A stretch of 64,000 nt of DNA from NCBI GenBank assembly GCA_036229005.1, contig JAZAMN010000064.1, positions 32,001 through 96,000 of the forward strand. Reading direction: 5' to 3'. The position numbers and the translations under genes were made by a program. Below the pieces are notes generated by a model that saw nothing but the letters and a program-made list of their open reading frames with translations, was not told the DNA's origin and did no database searches. Every line of letters starts with the position of its first letter. Within the stretch, counting starts at the first letter, position 1. Origin of the DNA: Myxococcota bacterium (GTDB lineage: Bacteria; Myxococcota_A; UBA796; CAJQPC01). Positions 18,101 through 26,071 of the stretch are shown one piece after another.

Positions 18101-19691
18101 GCGTGTGCTGGACCGCGCTGGCATCGGCGGCATGTTCCACCAGGCAGGCATCTTTGATGACCCCAAGGGCGGGGCCCTGCGCAGCCACGCTTTCCCCCGG
18201 ATGCGGCTGGTTGGTCTCGCCAAGAACCAGCTCAGTCTCTTTGAGGGTGTCACGCACCAGCGGCCCTACTGCTTCACAGTCTGGGGAGGCCGAGAGGACG
18301 TCTCGGTAGACTTCCGCTGTGTGTCCAACCTCTTCCACCCCCGCACCCTCGACGCCTCGCTGGAACACGACGGCCTCGGCGAGGTCCCCGGAATCAAAGA
18401 CGACGAGGGCAACTGGGACCTGCGCGGCCACTGCTCCCGCATCGTCCACGTGGACCAGGCCACCCTGGGCCTCTTCGCCAAGCTCTACGACCCCCCTGGC
18501 ACGCCGGCCCTGCAGGCCCGGCTGCCGGTGGTCCACAGCCAGGAGATCCTGAGCGTGCTGCGCAAGCTGGCCCAGGCGCCGCGCACCCTGGCGGATCTGG
18601 AGGGGCAGTTCTTCGCCACGGTGTGCTTCGATGAGACCGGAGCGCAGCGCAACGGGACCATCAAGCGGGACGTCCGCTTCCCTGCCGACCCCAGCGAGTG
18701 GGTGGTCTCCGGCCCCCACTTCTACGTGGGCACCCCCTTCAACAAGACCCCCAACGAAGGCTGCCGCCACAACCAGGACTACAGCGTGGTGGACTGGATG
18801 GACATGCCGGCGGACTACCTGCCCCGCACGAACTACGTGCCGGCCTGTGATGCGGAGACCTACCGGGAGCGCACGCCGCACTGGCAGGGGCGGCCGGTGA
18901 CGGAGTCGTTTAGGCACGTCCATCGCCGAATGGCTCCGCCTACTGGAGAGCGCACGCTGGCGCTGGCGATTTTGCCCCCCGGGGCTGCCCACACTCACAC
19001 TGTGATCTCGTTTACGTATTCGTCACCGAAGGAGTTGGTCGCCAGCGCGGGGTTCTTCTCCTCCATTCCGTATGACTTCTTCGCCAAGTCCACGGGGAAG
19101 AGCGACATCTATGAGCAGACGATTGCTGCATTCGCTAGGCCAGAGGCACCCACGCAGTTGATTTCGCGCGCCCTCCGCCTGAACTGCCTCACCGCCCACT
19201 ACGCCGACCTCTGGTCGGAGCTCTACCAGCCTGACTTCGCCGGCGACACCCACACAAAGACCGACCCCCGGCTGCCCGACTGGTCCCACTTGGTGGACCA
19301 CTGGACCTGGGACACCCCCCTCCGCTCTCCCTTCTCCCGCCGGCAGGCGCTGGTGGAGCTAGACGCGCTGGCCGCCATCGCCCTGGGCCTCACAGCGGAA
19401 GAGCTCTGCCTGATCTACCGCGTACAGTTCCCGGTGCTGCGCGGCTACGAGAGCGACACCTGGTACGACCAGCGCGGGCGCATCGTGTTCACCAACAACC
19501 GCGGCCTGAACGGCGTGGGGCTCTCCCGAAAGGAGTGGAACGAGATCCGCGACGCCCAGCCCGGCGACCCCCTGCCGGAGTGGGCCCGCGACAACCTGGG
19601 TTGCTACCAGCCGCCCTTTGACCGCTGCGACCGGGAGGCCGACATGACCCAGGCCTACAACGCCTTTGTGGCCCGGGGGGTGACCCAGTGA
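15117..19691 (+). CDS. Large N6-adenine DNA methyltransferase (Eco57I/type IIG, DrmMI-like) with C-terminal target-recognition region
   Basis: LGAVYEGLL, SFYTPE, motif I CEPAMGSGAFL, YGVD, motif IV GFDVVVGNPPW, NLYKAF. Confidence 0.9.
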   Translation: MALDLTGIENRGEFYSHHYLDALLESDLKPLLQQWADAESATPPVRAPYKRLGGLAGRYFDARAQAAELGPQALSERWQLAHAFHAHLLDALGYTRSPQTVELPGGTQLPLLHEERRGGQAALWVIEAPAPQPDQDPLDAQPLRDQYPQLGPDTKTPELTWRELLDRELFRHDDAPTWVLFLGGSEIVLTHRHKWGRGQALAFDLDALYARRQSAAFRAMAALLHQQALVPSDGVSLHEHLDESSHKHAFSVSGDLRRGAEQAIEILGNETAWYLRTVRRRGVFGSSESAESVDPTQLTRELLVYLYRLIFLFYVESRSDALGVVPMRSESYRRGYSLESLRDLEQVPLSTPQAQEGYFLHHSLQQLFKLVNQGHGVAAQQSLNAAGMDAAGFRIRGLHSRLFDDTQLSILARVRFRNAALQRVIQLLSLSEEGKHRQRGRISYASLGINQLGAVYEGLLSYTGFFAKVDLIEVANPEKKGKPDARSFFVPESHIDRYDDAEVVRDPKTGARKRYPRGSYLYRLAGRDREKSASFYTPEVLTRALVRYTLQERIGKDGAPDALPADALLTLSICEPAMGSGAFLNEVIEQLAHAYLDRKSAELGQQIPAADYPRELQRVKAHMAATQCYGVDQNPLATELGKVSLWLNTLRPGAPAPFFDPRIVTGNSLVGARLAVYTPKHLHKAGKNKPPNWTEAAPEPLQGPRAPQAIYHFLLPTTGMAPFDGDKVVKALLPERVAELKAWHKTLKAAWSPAHRARLQKLSEQVDSLWEEVAAHRRKTLAACTPPSPVWPEPDNTDPADEDTLAATWRQAQDDDSAGKRLRAVMDYWCALWFWPLQRAAELPSREQWLADLELLLAGRRRDAGSDSPTARRLDLAAELAQTHRFVHWPLEFPEVLANGGFDVVVGNPPWIKLQWNEGGILSDLDPRLVIRRMSAKKMADQRAQTLEQPEALAAYLGEFEGLEGQKAFLNGVGNYPLLKGVQTNLYKAFLSLGWRVLDRAGIGGMFHQAGIFDDPKGGALRSHAFPRMRLVGLAKNQLSLFEGVTHQRPYCFTVWGGREDVSVDFRCVSNLFHPRTLDASLEHDGLGEVPGIKDDEGNWDLRGHCSRIVHVDQATLGLFAKLYDPPGTPALQARLPVVHSQEILSVLRKLAQAPRTLADLEGQFFATVCFDETGAQRNGTIKRDVRFPADPSEWVVSGPHFYVGTPFNKTPNEGCRHNQDYSVVDWMDMPADYLPRTNYVPACDAETYRERTPHWQGRPVTESFRHVHRRMAPPTGERTLALAILPPGAAHTHTVISFTYSSPKELVASAGFFSSIPYDFFAKSTGKSDIYEQTIAAFARPEAPTQLISRALRLNCLTAHYADLWSELYQPDFAGDTHTKTDPRLPDWSHLVDHWTWDTPLRSPFSRRQALVELDALAAIALGLTAEELCLIYRVQFPVLRGYESDTWYDQRGRIVFTNNRGLNGVGLSRKEWNEIRDAQPGDPLPEWARDNLGCYQPPFDRCDREADMTQAYNAFVARGVTQ

Positions 19692-22600
19692 TCCCCAGCG
19701 TCGTCGCCCGCCAGCTCCAGGACAACCTGCTGGACTACGTGGGGGCCACCCTGGCCCTCTCCGACGCCGCGGTGGACGACGCCCTGCAGGCGCACCTGGC
19801 CGGGAAAAACGGCCTCTTCGCCGGGCCCTACCTGCGCCTGGGCCTGCCCTTTGCCAGCGCGCCCGCGGACGCGCCTCCGGTGCTGGACGTCGGGCCGCCC
19901 TTTGTGCCCTACGCCCACCAGCGGCAGGCCTTCGAGCAGCTCTCCAGCGACCAGGCCCAGCCGCGCAACACGCTGATCACCACGGGCACCGGCTCGGGCA
20001 AGACCGAGTGCTTTTTGTACCCCATCCTGGACCACTGCCAGCGGCACCGGGACACGCCGGGGGTGCAGGCCATCCTGATCTACCCCATGAACGCCCTGGC
20101 CACCGACCAGGCCCGGCGCTTCGCCCAGGCCATCCACGAAGATCCGCGCCTGCACGGCCTGCGCGTGGGTCTGTATGTGGGCGGCAAGGGGGGCACCCGC
20201 AAGATGGGCCCCGAGCAGGTGATCGAAGACAAGGACGTGCTGCGCAAGCACCCCCCACAGATCCTGCTCACCAACTACAAGATGCTGGACTTCATGCTGC
20301 TGCGCCCCGACGAGCGCAAGCTGTGGTCCCACAACGGCCCCCAGACCCTGCGCTACCTGGTGATCGACGAGCTGCACACCTTCGACGGCGCCCAGGGCTC
20401 GGACGTGGCCTGCCTGATCCGGCGCCTCAAGGCCCGCCTGGGCACGCCCCCGGGGCACCTGATCTGCGCGGGGACCTCGGCGACCATCGGCGGCAGCGCG
20501 GACGGCGACTCAGTGGCCCGGCTCTCGGAGTTCGCCGGCCTGGTCTTTGACGCGGACTTCCACCCCAGCGCCGTGGTGGGGGAGCAGCGCGTGCCCCGCC
20601 GGGAGTTTCTGCGACAGGCCACCGGCCCCACGCCGCTGCCTGACCGCGCCCAGCTCGCCGCCCTGCACCCCGGACCGGACGCGGAGGCCTGGCTGAGCCA
20701 GCAGCAGCAGCTCTGGCTGGGCCAGGTCTTCGACGACCCGGTGGCCCTGGGCGACGCCCTGCGCGCGCACCCCCTGCTGGACCACCTGCTGGCGCTCTGC
20801 GCCGCGCACCCTCGGCCCCTGCCCAAGCTGGCCCAGCGCCTGCACGAGCGCATGCCGGAGCTGCGCGCCTACCGCGACGACGCCCTGGGCGCGCTGCTCG
20901 ACTCCTTCTTGGGCTTGCTGGCCCACGCCCGCCGCAAGCAGGGCTCCAAGACCCTGCCGCTGGTCACCCTGCAGATGCAGCTCTGGAGCCGGGAGCTCAC
21001 CCGCCTGCTGCGCGTGCTCCCCAACCGCCAGCGCCCCGAGCAGCAGCCCGAGATCGGTGAGTCCCCGGGCATCGACGGGCTGGTCCCGCGCTTTGTGTGG
21101 TGGACCGAGCAGCCCAACCCCGACCGCTCCAAGCCCCTGGCCGGTGTGCAGGCCCACTGCCGCGAGTGCGGCGCCGTGGGCTTGGCCTGCGCGGAGACGG
21201 AAGCCGACCAGCAGAAGGGCCAGCTCACCTGGGACCCCGGCGCGGTGGGCCAGCACTGGATGGAGAGCAGCCGGGCGGCGCGCTTTCTGTGGCTGCGCCC
21301 CCTGGACCACGAGCAGCGGGTGGGGGAGCTGATCCACTGGCTGGATCCCAGCGGCGGCGTGGTCATGGGCGTGGAGCCCGTGGACGACCAGGGGCAGGGG
21401 ACCGGCGTGCCCGTCATCGTGGAGAAGCGCCTGGGCAACGGGGGGCGCTTTCTGGCCCAGTGCCCCTGCTGCGAGAGCGAAGACGCCCTGCGCATCCTGG
21501 GCGCCCGCGCCGCCAGCCTGAGCAGCGTGGTCATCTCCCAGCTCTTCCAGTCGGACTACCACCACGACCCCAAGCTGCTGGCCTTCACCGACTCGGTGCA
21601 GGACGCCAGCCACCGGGCCGGGTTCTTTGGCGCCCGCAGCTTCCGCATTCACCTGCGCGTGGCCATGCAGGCCGTCCTGCGCGCCGCCCAGGACCGGGGG
21701 GAGACCCTGACCCTGGAGAGCGCCCCCAAGGCCTTCCTGGAGCACTGGAAGGCCGAGCAGGGCGCGGCCTGGACCATGGCCGCCTTCTTCCCGCCCGACC
21801 TGCGGGAACTGCCCGAGTTCACGACCTACGTGGAGAAGAAGGGCAAGGGCCGCCACCAGCGCCTGTGGAACATCCTGCGCGCCCGCATGGGCTGGGAGTT
21901 CACCCGGGAGTTCGGCCTGATGGCCAGCCTGGGGCGCAGCCTGGAGCGCACGGGGGCCAGCACCCTGGCCATCGATCCCCAGCGCCTGGAGCAGGCGCAG
22001 CAGCGCTTTGAGCAGTGGCTGGCCCAGGACGGGCTGGCCGGCCCCAAGGCCCTGCCCCGCGCCTTCGTGCTGGGCCTGCTCCACCGCATGCGACACCAGG
22101 GCGGCATCCACCACCCCTACCTGGAGAGCTACCGGCGCAGCCTGGGCAACGCCTTCCTGCTCAACCGCCGCAAGAACCCCCACATCAGCTACTTCGGCCG
22201 CCGCACGCGGCGCCCCCGCTATGTGAGCTCCTACGCCAAGGGAAAACGTTTTGCCTCGCCCTTCTCCCGCCGCTCGGCGGCGGGCTGGTACGGCGACTGG
22301 ATGAACCGCTGCCTGGACTGGGGCAGCCCCGGTCCCGACGACGTGGCCCGCGTCTACCGCCAGCTCCTGGCCCACCTGGTGGAGGCCGGCATCCTGGAGC
22401 AGCGGGACGCCGAGGGCGGCGCCGAGACCTGGGGCCTGCGCCCCGACGCCCTGCACCTGAGCCTGGAGCTGGGCCGCCTGCGGGACGGGCACCGCCACCA
22501 GCACCTGCACGCCGCGGAGACCCAGGTCATCGCCGGCGGCCCGGTCTGGCGCTTCCGGGCCCCGGAGCGCTTTGTGTCTCAGAAGCCCCAGCCCGGCTTC

Positions 22601-25600
22601 TACGCCCAGGTCTACGCCCGTGAGCAGAGCAGCCGCGTGCTCTCCGCCGAGCACACCGGCCTGCTGGAGCGCGAGCCCCGCACCCTGCTCGAGCAGCGCT
22701 TCCTGGCCTCGCCCGACCCCCAGGACCCTCTGGCGCCCAACCTGCTGGTGTGTACGCCCACGCTGGAGATGGGCGTGGACATCGGTGACCTCTCCGCCAC
22801 CCTGCTGTGCTCCGTGCCCCCCACGCCGGCCAACTACCTGCAGAGGGTGGGCCGCGCAGGTCGAAAGACGGGCAACGCCCTCATCTTCACCCTGGCGACC
22901 TTCAAGAACCACGACCTGTACTTCTTCGCCGAGCCCGAGCGCATGCTGGACGGTCAGGTCGCCACCCCCGGTGTGTTCCTGGGGGCGACCGCGATGCTCC
23001 AGCGCCAGCTCTCGGCCTGGTGCATGGACCGCTGGGCCCAAGACGACCCCGGCGCCGAAGCCATCCCCGCCAAGGCCAGCCTGGTGCTCAGCGAGCAGGG
23101 CGCGCAGGTCTTTCCGGGGCGCTTTCTGGACTACTTCAAGGAGCACCGGGAGCGCCTGCTGGCGGGCTTCCTGGAGCGCTTCTCCCAGACCGGCCTGCGC
23201 CCCCAGACCCAAGCGCTGCTGACGGCCTGGGTGCAGGATCAGGCCCACGGGCTGGAGCAGGCGATCCCCGGGGCGTTTGCGGAGCTGCAGGCGCAGATCA
23301 AGCAGTACGCCTACGAGCGCCAGAAGGCCAACGAGCGCATCAAGCAGATCGAGGCCGACCCCACCCTGGTGGGGGACGCCGCGCTGGAGATCAAGGAGCT
23401 CAACCGCCACCGGCTGGTGCTCTCCCAGCTCATCGGCGAGCTGCGCCGCACCTACCCCCTCAACGTGCTCGCCAACCGCTCCCTGCTTCCCAACTACGCT
23501 TTCCCAGAGGCTGGCGTGGAGCTGCACTCGCTGCTGGCCGAGAACCGTCAGGGGCCCGGCGACCAGACCGAGCGGCACTACGACAAGCGGAGCTACCAGC
23601 GGCCGGCCGCCCGCGCCCTGCGGGAGCTGGCGCCCTTCAACACCTTCTACGCCGACGGCCACAAGGTCCGCGTCACCGAGCTGGAGCTGGGCCCCAAGGC
23701 CAAGCTGGTGCGCTACCACCGCATCTGCCCCACCTGCCACCACCACAGCATCCAGCCGGTCAACCCCCAGGAGCCCTGCAAAGACCCGGGCTGCCCCAGG
23801 TGCGGAGACCCGCAGTGGGGGGACAAGGGCCAGGTGCGCGCGCTGCTCTCCCTGAGCACCGTGCGCTCGGTGGCCGACCGCGTGCTCAGCACCACGGTGG
23901 ACGACAGCGAAGAGCGGGAGCGCCAGTCCTACCACCTGATGGGTCTGTATCAGGTGCTGGAGACCGAAGGGCAGGCCCTGGTCCACCCGGAGCTGGGCTT
24001 TGGCTTCGAGTACGTGCGGGAGCTGCGCTACACCGAGCTCAACACCGGGCCGCGCACCGCCGTGGACGGGGGGCCCAAGCTGCGCTTGGCCGGCGAGGAG
24101 GTCTCGGCCCAGGGCTTCATGGTCTGCGCCGACTGCGGGGGCGTGCAGGAGCCCAGCAGCGGTGGGCGGGACCCCAAGCTGCGACACAACTTCCGCTGCC
24201 CGCAGCGGAACAAGGACAACAAGGCGCTGCTGCCCCTGTACCTGTCGCGGGAGCTGCGCTCGGAGGCCGTTCGCTTCCTGATGCCCTTCTCCCAGGTGCA
24301 GGTGGAGCAGAAGCAGCGCAGCTTCCAGGCCGCCCTGAACTTTGCCCTGCGCCGCCGCTTCCAGGGGCGCCCCATCCACCTGGGGGTGGGCACCATGTCC
24401 GAGCCCGTGCCGGGCAAGAAGGACCAGCGAAAGCACTTCTTGGTGCTGCTGGACACCGTGCCTGGGGGCACCGGCTACCTGCGCGAGTATCAGGACCGGG
24501 AGCAGGTCTTTGGGCTGCTCCAGCTCGCGCTGGACGGCCTGCGGGGCTGCGGCTGCCAGCAGCAGGGGCGGGACGGTTGCTACCTGTGCCTGTTCGCGCA
24601 CCAGGCCCAGCGGCACCTGCCCCTGCTCTCCAGCAAGGTCGCCCAGGACATGCTGCAGGAGATCCTGGACAGCAAGCACGAGTTCGACGGCGCCAGCGGG
24701 GGCCTGAGCGGCACCAACGTGTCCTCGGTCTTGGAGTCCGAGCTCGAAGAGCGCTTCGTGAGCTGGCTCCAGGCCCAGAGCGGTGTGGAGCTCACCCCCC
24801 AGGGCCAGGACTTCCGCCTCCAAATCGGGGAGTGTGTGTGGGTGATGAAGCCCCAGGTGGACCTGCACGCCGAGGCCGGTCAGCCCATGCGCGCGGACTT
24901 TGTGCTCTATGGGGCCCAGGGGCCCGCGCTGAATCAGGTGGTCGTGATCGAGTGCGACGGCTTCGAGTACCACGCCATGCCCGGCAAGCCCGACTGCAGG
25001 CTGGAGGGGGACGTGGAGAAGCGACAGTCCCTGGTCCAACGCCCGGGCTGGCAGGTGTTCTCCCTGACCTGGCAGGACCTCGTCGGCGAGGACACCCCGG
25101 CCTTTGCTCCGGAGGCGTTCATCGGGCGGCCCACCAAGACCCGGGAGAAGATGTTGGACCGGGTCGCGCCCAAGCTCCCGCACCTGAGCGTGGAGACCTT
25201 GCGCAAGCTCCCGGGGCTGGATGCAGGGGGGCTCCTGCTGGCGTGGCTGCGACAGCCCGTCCCGGACTGGTCGGGTGCGGTGAGCGGTCTGTGTCACGCT
25301 GCGCTGATCGGGGCGCTCAAGGGGCAGGGGAGCCTGGACGCCTTCTCGCTGGGCAAGCTGCAGGACCACCTGGAGGGGCAGCGGACACTGTCGCCGCTGC
25401 CGCCCCTGGGACACAACCGGAAGCCCAAGAACACCGAGCCGCTGGGGGTGTCCAGCGCGGATGCCTACTGTGCGGGGCTGGTCTGGCTCCCGGAGATGGC
25501 GCAGGCGGTGCAGCTCGGGGTCAGCAACTTGCGGCTGATCCTGCGGCTGGAGGACAGCCACCACGCCCGCCAACAGGCTGACTACCGGGAGAGCTGGCGG

Positions 25601-26071
25601 CGCTTCCTGATGGGCATGAACCTGCTTCAGTTCTTGCCTCAGACACAGGTGCTCCTGAGCTCCCAAATCGAGGAGCTCTCGGAGGACTCCATCGACATCC
25701 TGGCCGCCCTGGGCCTGGACGACGACGACGTGGTCGGCATGGCGGCCAGCGCGGAGGACCCGGGGTATCAAGCCGATCCTGCGGCGGTCTATGCGGACGC
25801 GCTGCTGCTCGAGGAGCCGGAGCAGGTTCTGATCCGCAAGCTCGCGGAGCTGGGCGTGACGCTGCCCGCGCTGGAGCCGCCGGACCTGCCCGAGGGCCTG
25901 CCCGCGGACTTGGTGTGGCCGGAGCACAAGCTGGCGCTGTGTCAGCCGGACGACCTGGAGCCCGGCGACCTGGACACGCTGCGCGCCGCAGGCTGGCAGC
26001 CATTGCTGCTGCCCCAGAGCCCTGAGACCATCAAGCGCGCCCTGGAGCGCGCCCGGAAGGAGTCGCAATGA
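19688..26071 (+). CDS. Giant DEAD/DEAH-box helicase with DUF1998 Zn domain and C-terminal Vsr/DUF559-like endonuclease
   Basis: Q motif PYAHQ, TGTGSGKT, YPMNALATDQ, DELH, TSAT, TPTLEMGVDIG, QRVGRAGR; several CxxC pairs; DUF1998 DTVPGGTG...CGC...GCYLCL; nuclease-like ESELE...RADF...IECDGFEYH...D..KR...GWQV..LTW. Confidence 0.9.
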   Translation: MIPSVVARQLQDNLLDYVGATLALSDAAVDDALQAHLAGKNGLFAGPYLRLGLPFASAPADAPPVLDVGPPFVPYAHQRQAFEQLSSDQAQPRNTLITTGTGSGKTECFLYPILDHCQRHRDTPGVQAILIYPMNALATDQARRFAQAIHEDPRLHGLRVGLYVGGKGGTRKMGPEQVIEDKDVLRKHPPQILLTNYKMLDFMLLRPDERKLWSHNGPQTLRYLVIDELHTFDGAQGSDVACLIRRLKARLGTPPGHLICAGTSATIGGSADGDSVARLSEFAGLVFDADFHPSAVVGEQRVPRREFLRQATGPTPLPDRAQLAALHPGPDAEAWLSQQQQLWLGQVFDDPVALGDALRAHPLLDHLLALCAAHPRPLPKLAQRLHERMPELRAYRDDALGALLDSFLGLLAHARRKQGSKTLPLVTLQMQLWSRELTRLLRVLPNRQRPEQQPEIGESPGIDGLVPRFVWWTEQPNPDRSKPLAGVQAHCRECGAVGLACAETEADQQKGQLTWDPGAVGQHWMESSRAARFLWLRPLDHEQRVGELIHWLDPSGGVVMGVEPVDDQGQGTGVPVIVEKRLGNGGRFLAQCPCCESEDALRILGARAASLSSVVISQLFQSDYHHDPKLLAFTDSVQDASHRAGFFGARSFRIHLRVAMQAVLRAAQDRGETLTLESAPKAFLEHWKAEQGAAWTMAAFFPPDLRELPEFTTYVEKKGKGRHQRLWNILRARMGWEFTREFGLMASLGRSLERTGASTLAIDPQRLEQAQQRFEQWLAQDGLAGPKALPRAFVLGLLHRMRHQGGIHHPYLESYRRSLGNAFLLNRRKNPHISYFGRRTRRPRYVSSYAKGKRFASPFSRRSAAGWYGDWMNRCLDWGSPGPDDVARVYRQLLAHLVEAGILEQRDAEGGAETWGLRPDALHLSLELGRLRDGHRHQHLHAAETQVIAGGPVWRFRAPERFVSQKPQPGFYAQVYAREQSSRVLSAEHTGLLEREPRTLLEQRFLASPDPQDPLAPNLLVCTPTLEMGVDIGDLSATLLCSVPPTPANYLQRVGRAGRKTGNALIFTLATFKNHDLYFFAEPERMLDGQVATPGVFLGATAMLQRQLSAWCMDRWAQDDPGAEAIPAKASLVLSEQGAQVFPGRFLDYFKEHRERLLAGFLERFSQTGLRPQTQALLTAWVQDQAHGLEQAIPGAFAELQAQIKQYAYERQKANERIKQIEADPTLVGDAALEIKELNRHRLVLSQLIGELRRTYPLNVLANRSLLPNYAFPEAGVELHSLLAENRQGPGDQTERHYDKRSYQRPAARALRELAPFNTFYADGHKVRVTELELGPKAKLVRYHRICPTCHHHSIQPVNPQEPCKDPGCPRCGDPQWGDKGQVRALLSLSTVRSVADRVLSTTVDDSEERERQSYHLMGLYQVLETEGQALVHPELGFGFEYVRELRYTELNTGPRTAVDGGPKLRLAGEEVSAQGFMVCADCGGVQEPSSGGRDPKLRHNFRCPQRNKDNKALLPLYLSRELRSEAVRFLMPFSQVQVEQKQRSFQAALNFALRRRFQGRPIHLGVGTMSEPVPGKKDQRKHFLVLLDTVPGGTGYLREYQDREQVFGLLQLALDGLRGCGCQQQGRDGCYLCLFAHQAQRHLPLLSSKVAQDMLQEILDSKHEFDGASGGLSGTNVSSVLESELEERFVSWLQAQSGVELTPQGQDFRLQIGECVWVMKPQVDLHAEAGQPMRADFVLYGAQGPALNQVVVIECDGFEYHAMPGKPDCRLEGDVEKRQSLVQRPGWQVFSLTWQDLVGEDTPAFAPEAFIGRPTKTREKMLDRVAPKLPHLSVETLRKLPGLDAGGLLLAWLRQPVPDWSGAVSGLCHAALIGALKGQGSLDAFSLGKLQDHLEGQRTLSPLPPLGHNRKPKNTEPLGVSSADAYCAGLVWLPEMAQAVQLGVSNLRLILRLEDSHHARQQADYRESWRRFLMGMNLLQFLPQTQVLLSSQIEELSEDSIDILAALGLDDDDVVGMAASAEDPGYQADPAAVYADALLLEEPEQVLIRKLAELGVTLPALEPPDLPEGLPADLVWPEHKLALCQPDDLEPGDLDTLRAAGWQPLLLPQSPETIKRALERARKESQ

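Noticed and set aside
12102..18998. Long minus-strand ORFs 12102..14057, 14229..16313 and 16407..18998
   Set aside because: Antisense shadows of the SNF2 and methyltransferase genes.
20510..26068. 1852-aa minus-strand ORF
   Set aside because: Antisense shadow of the helicase gene caused by high-GC codon bias; no motifs.
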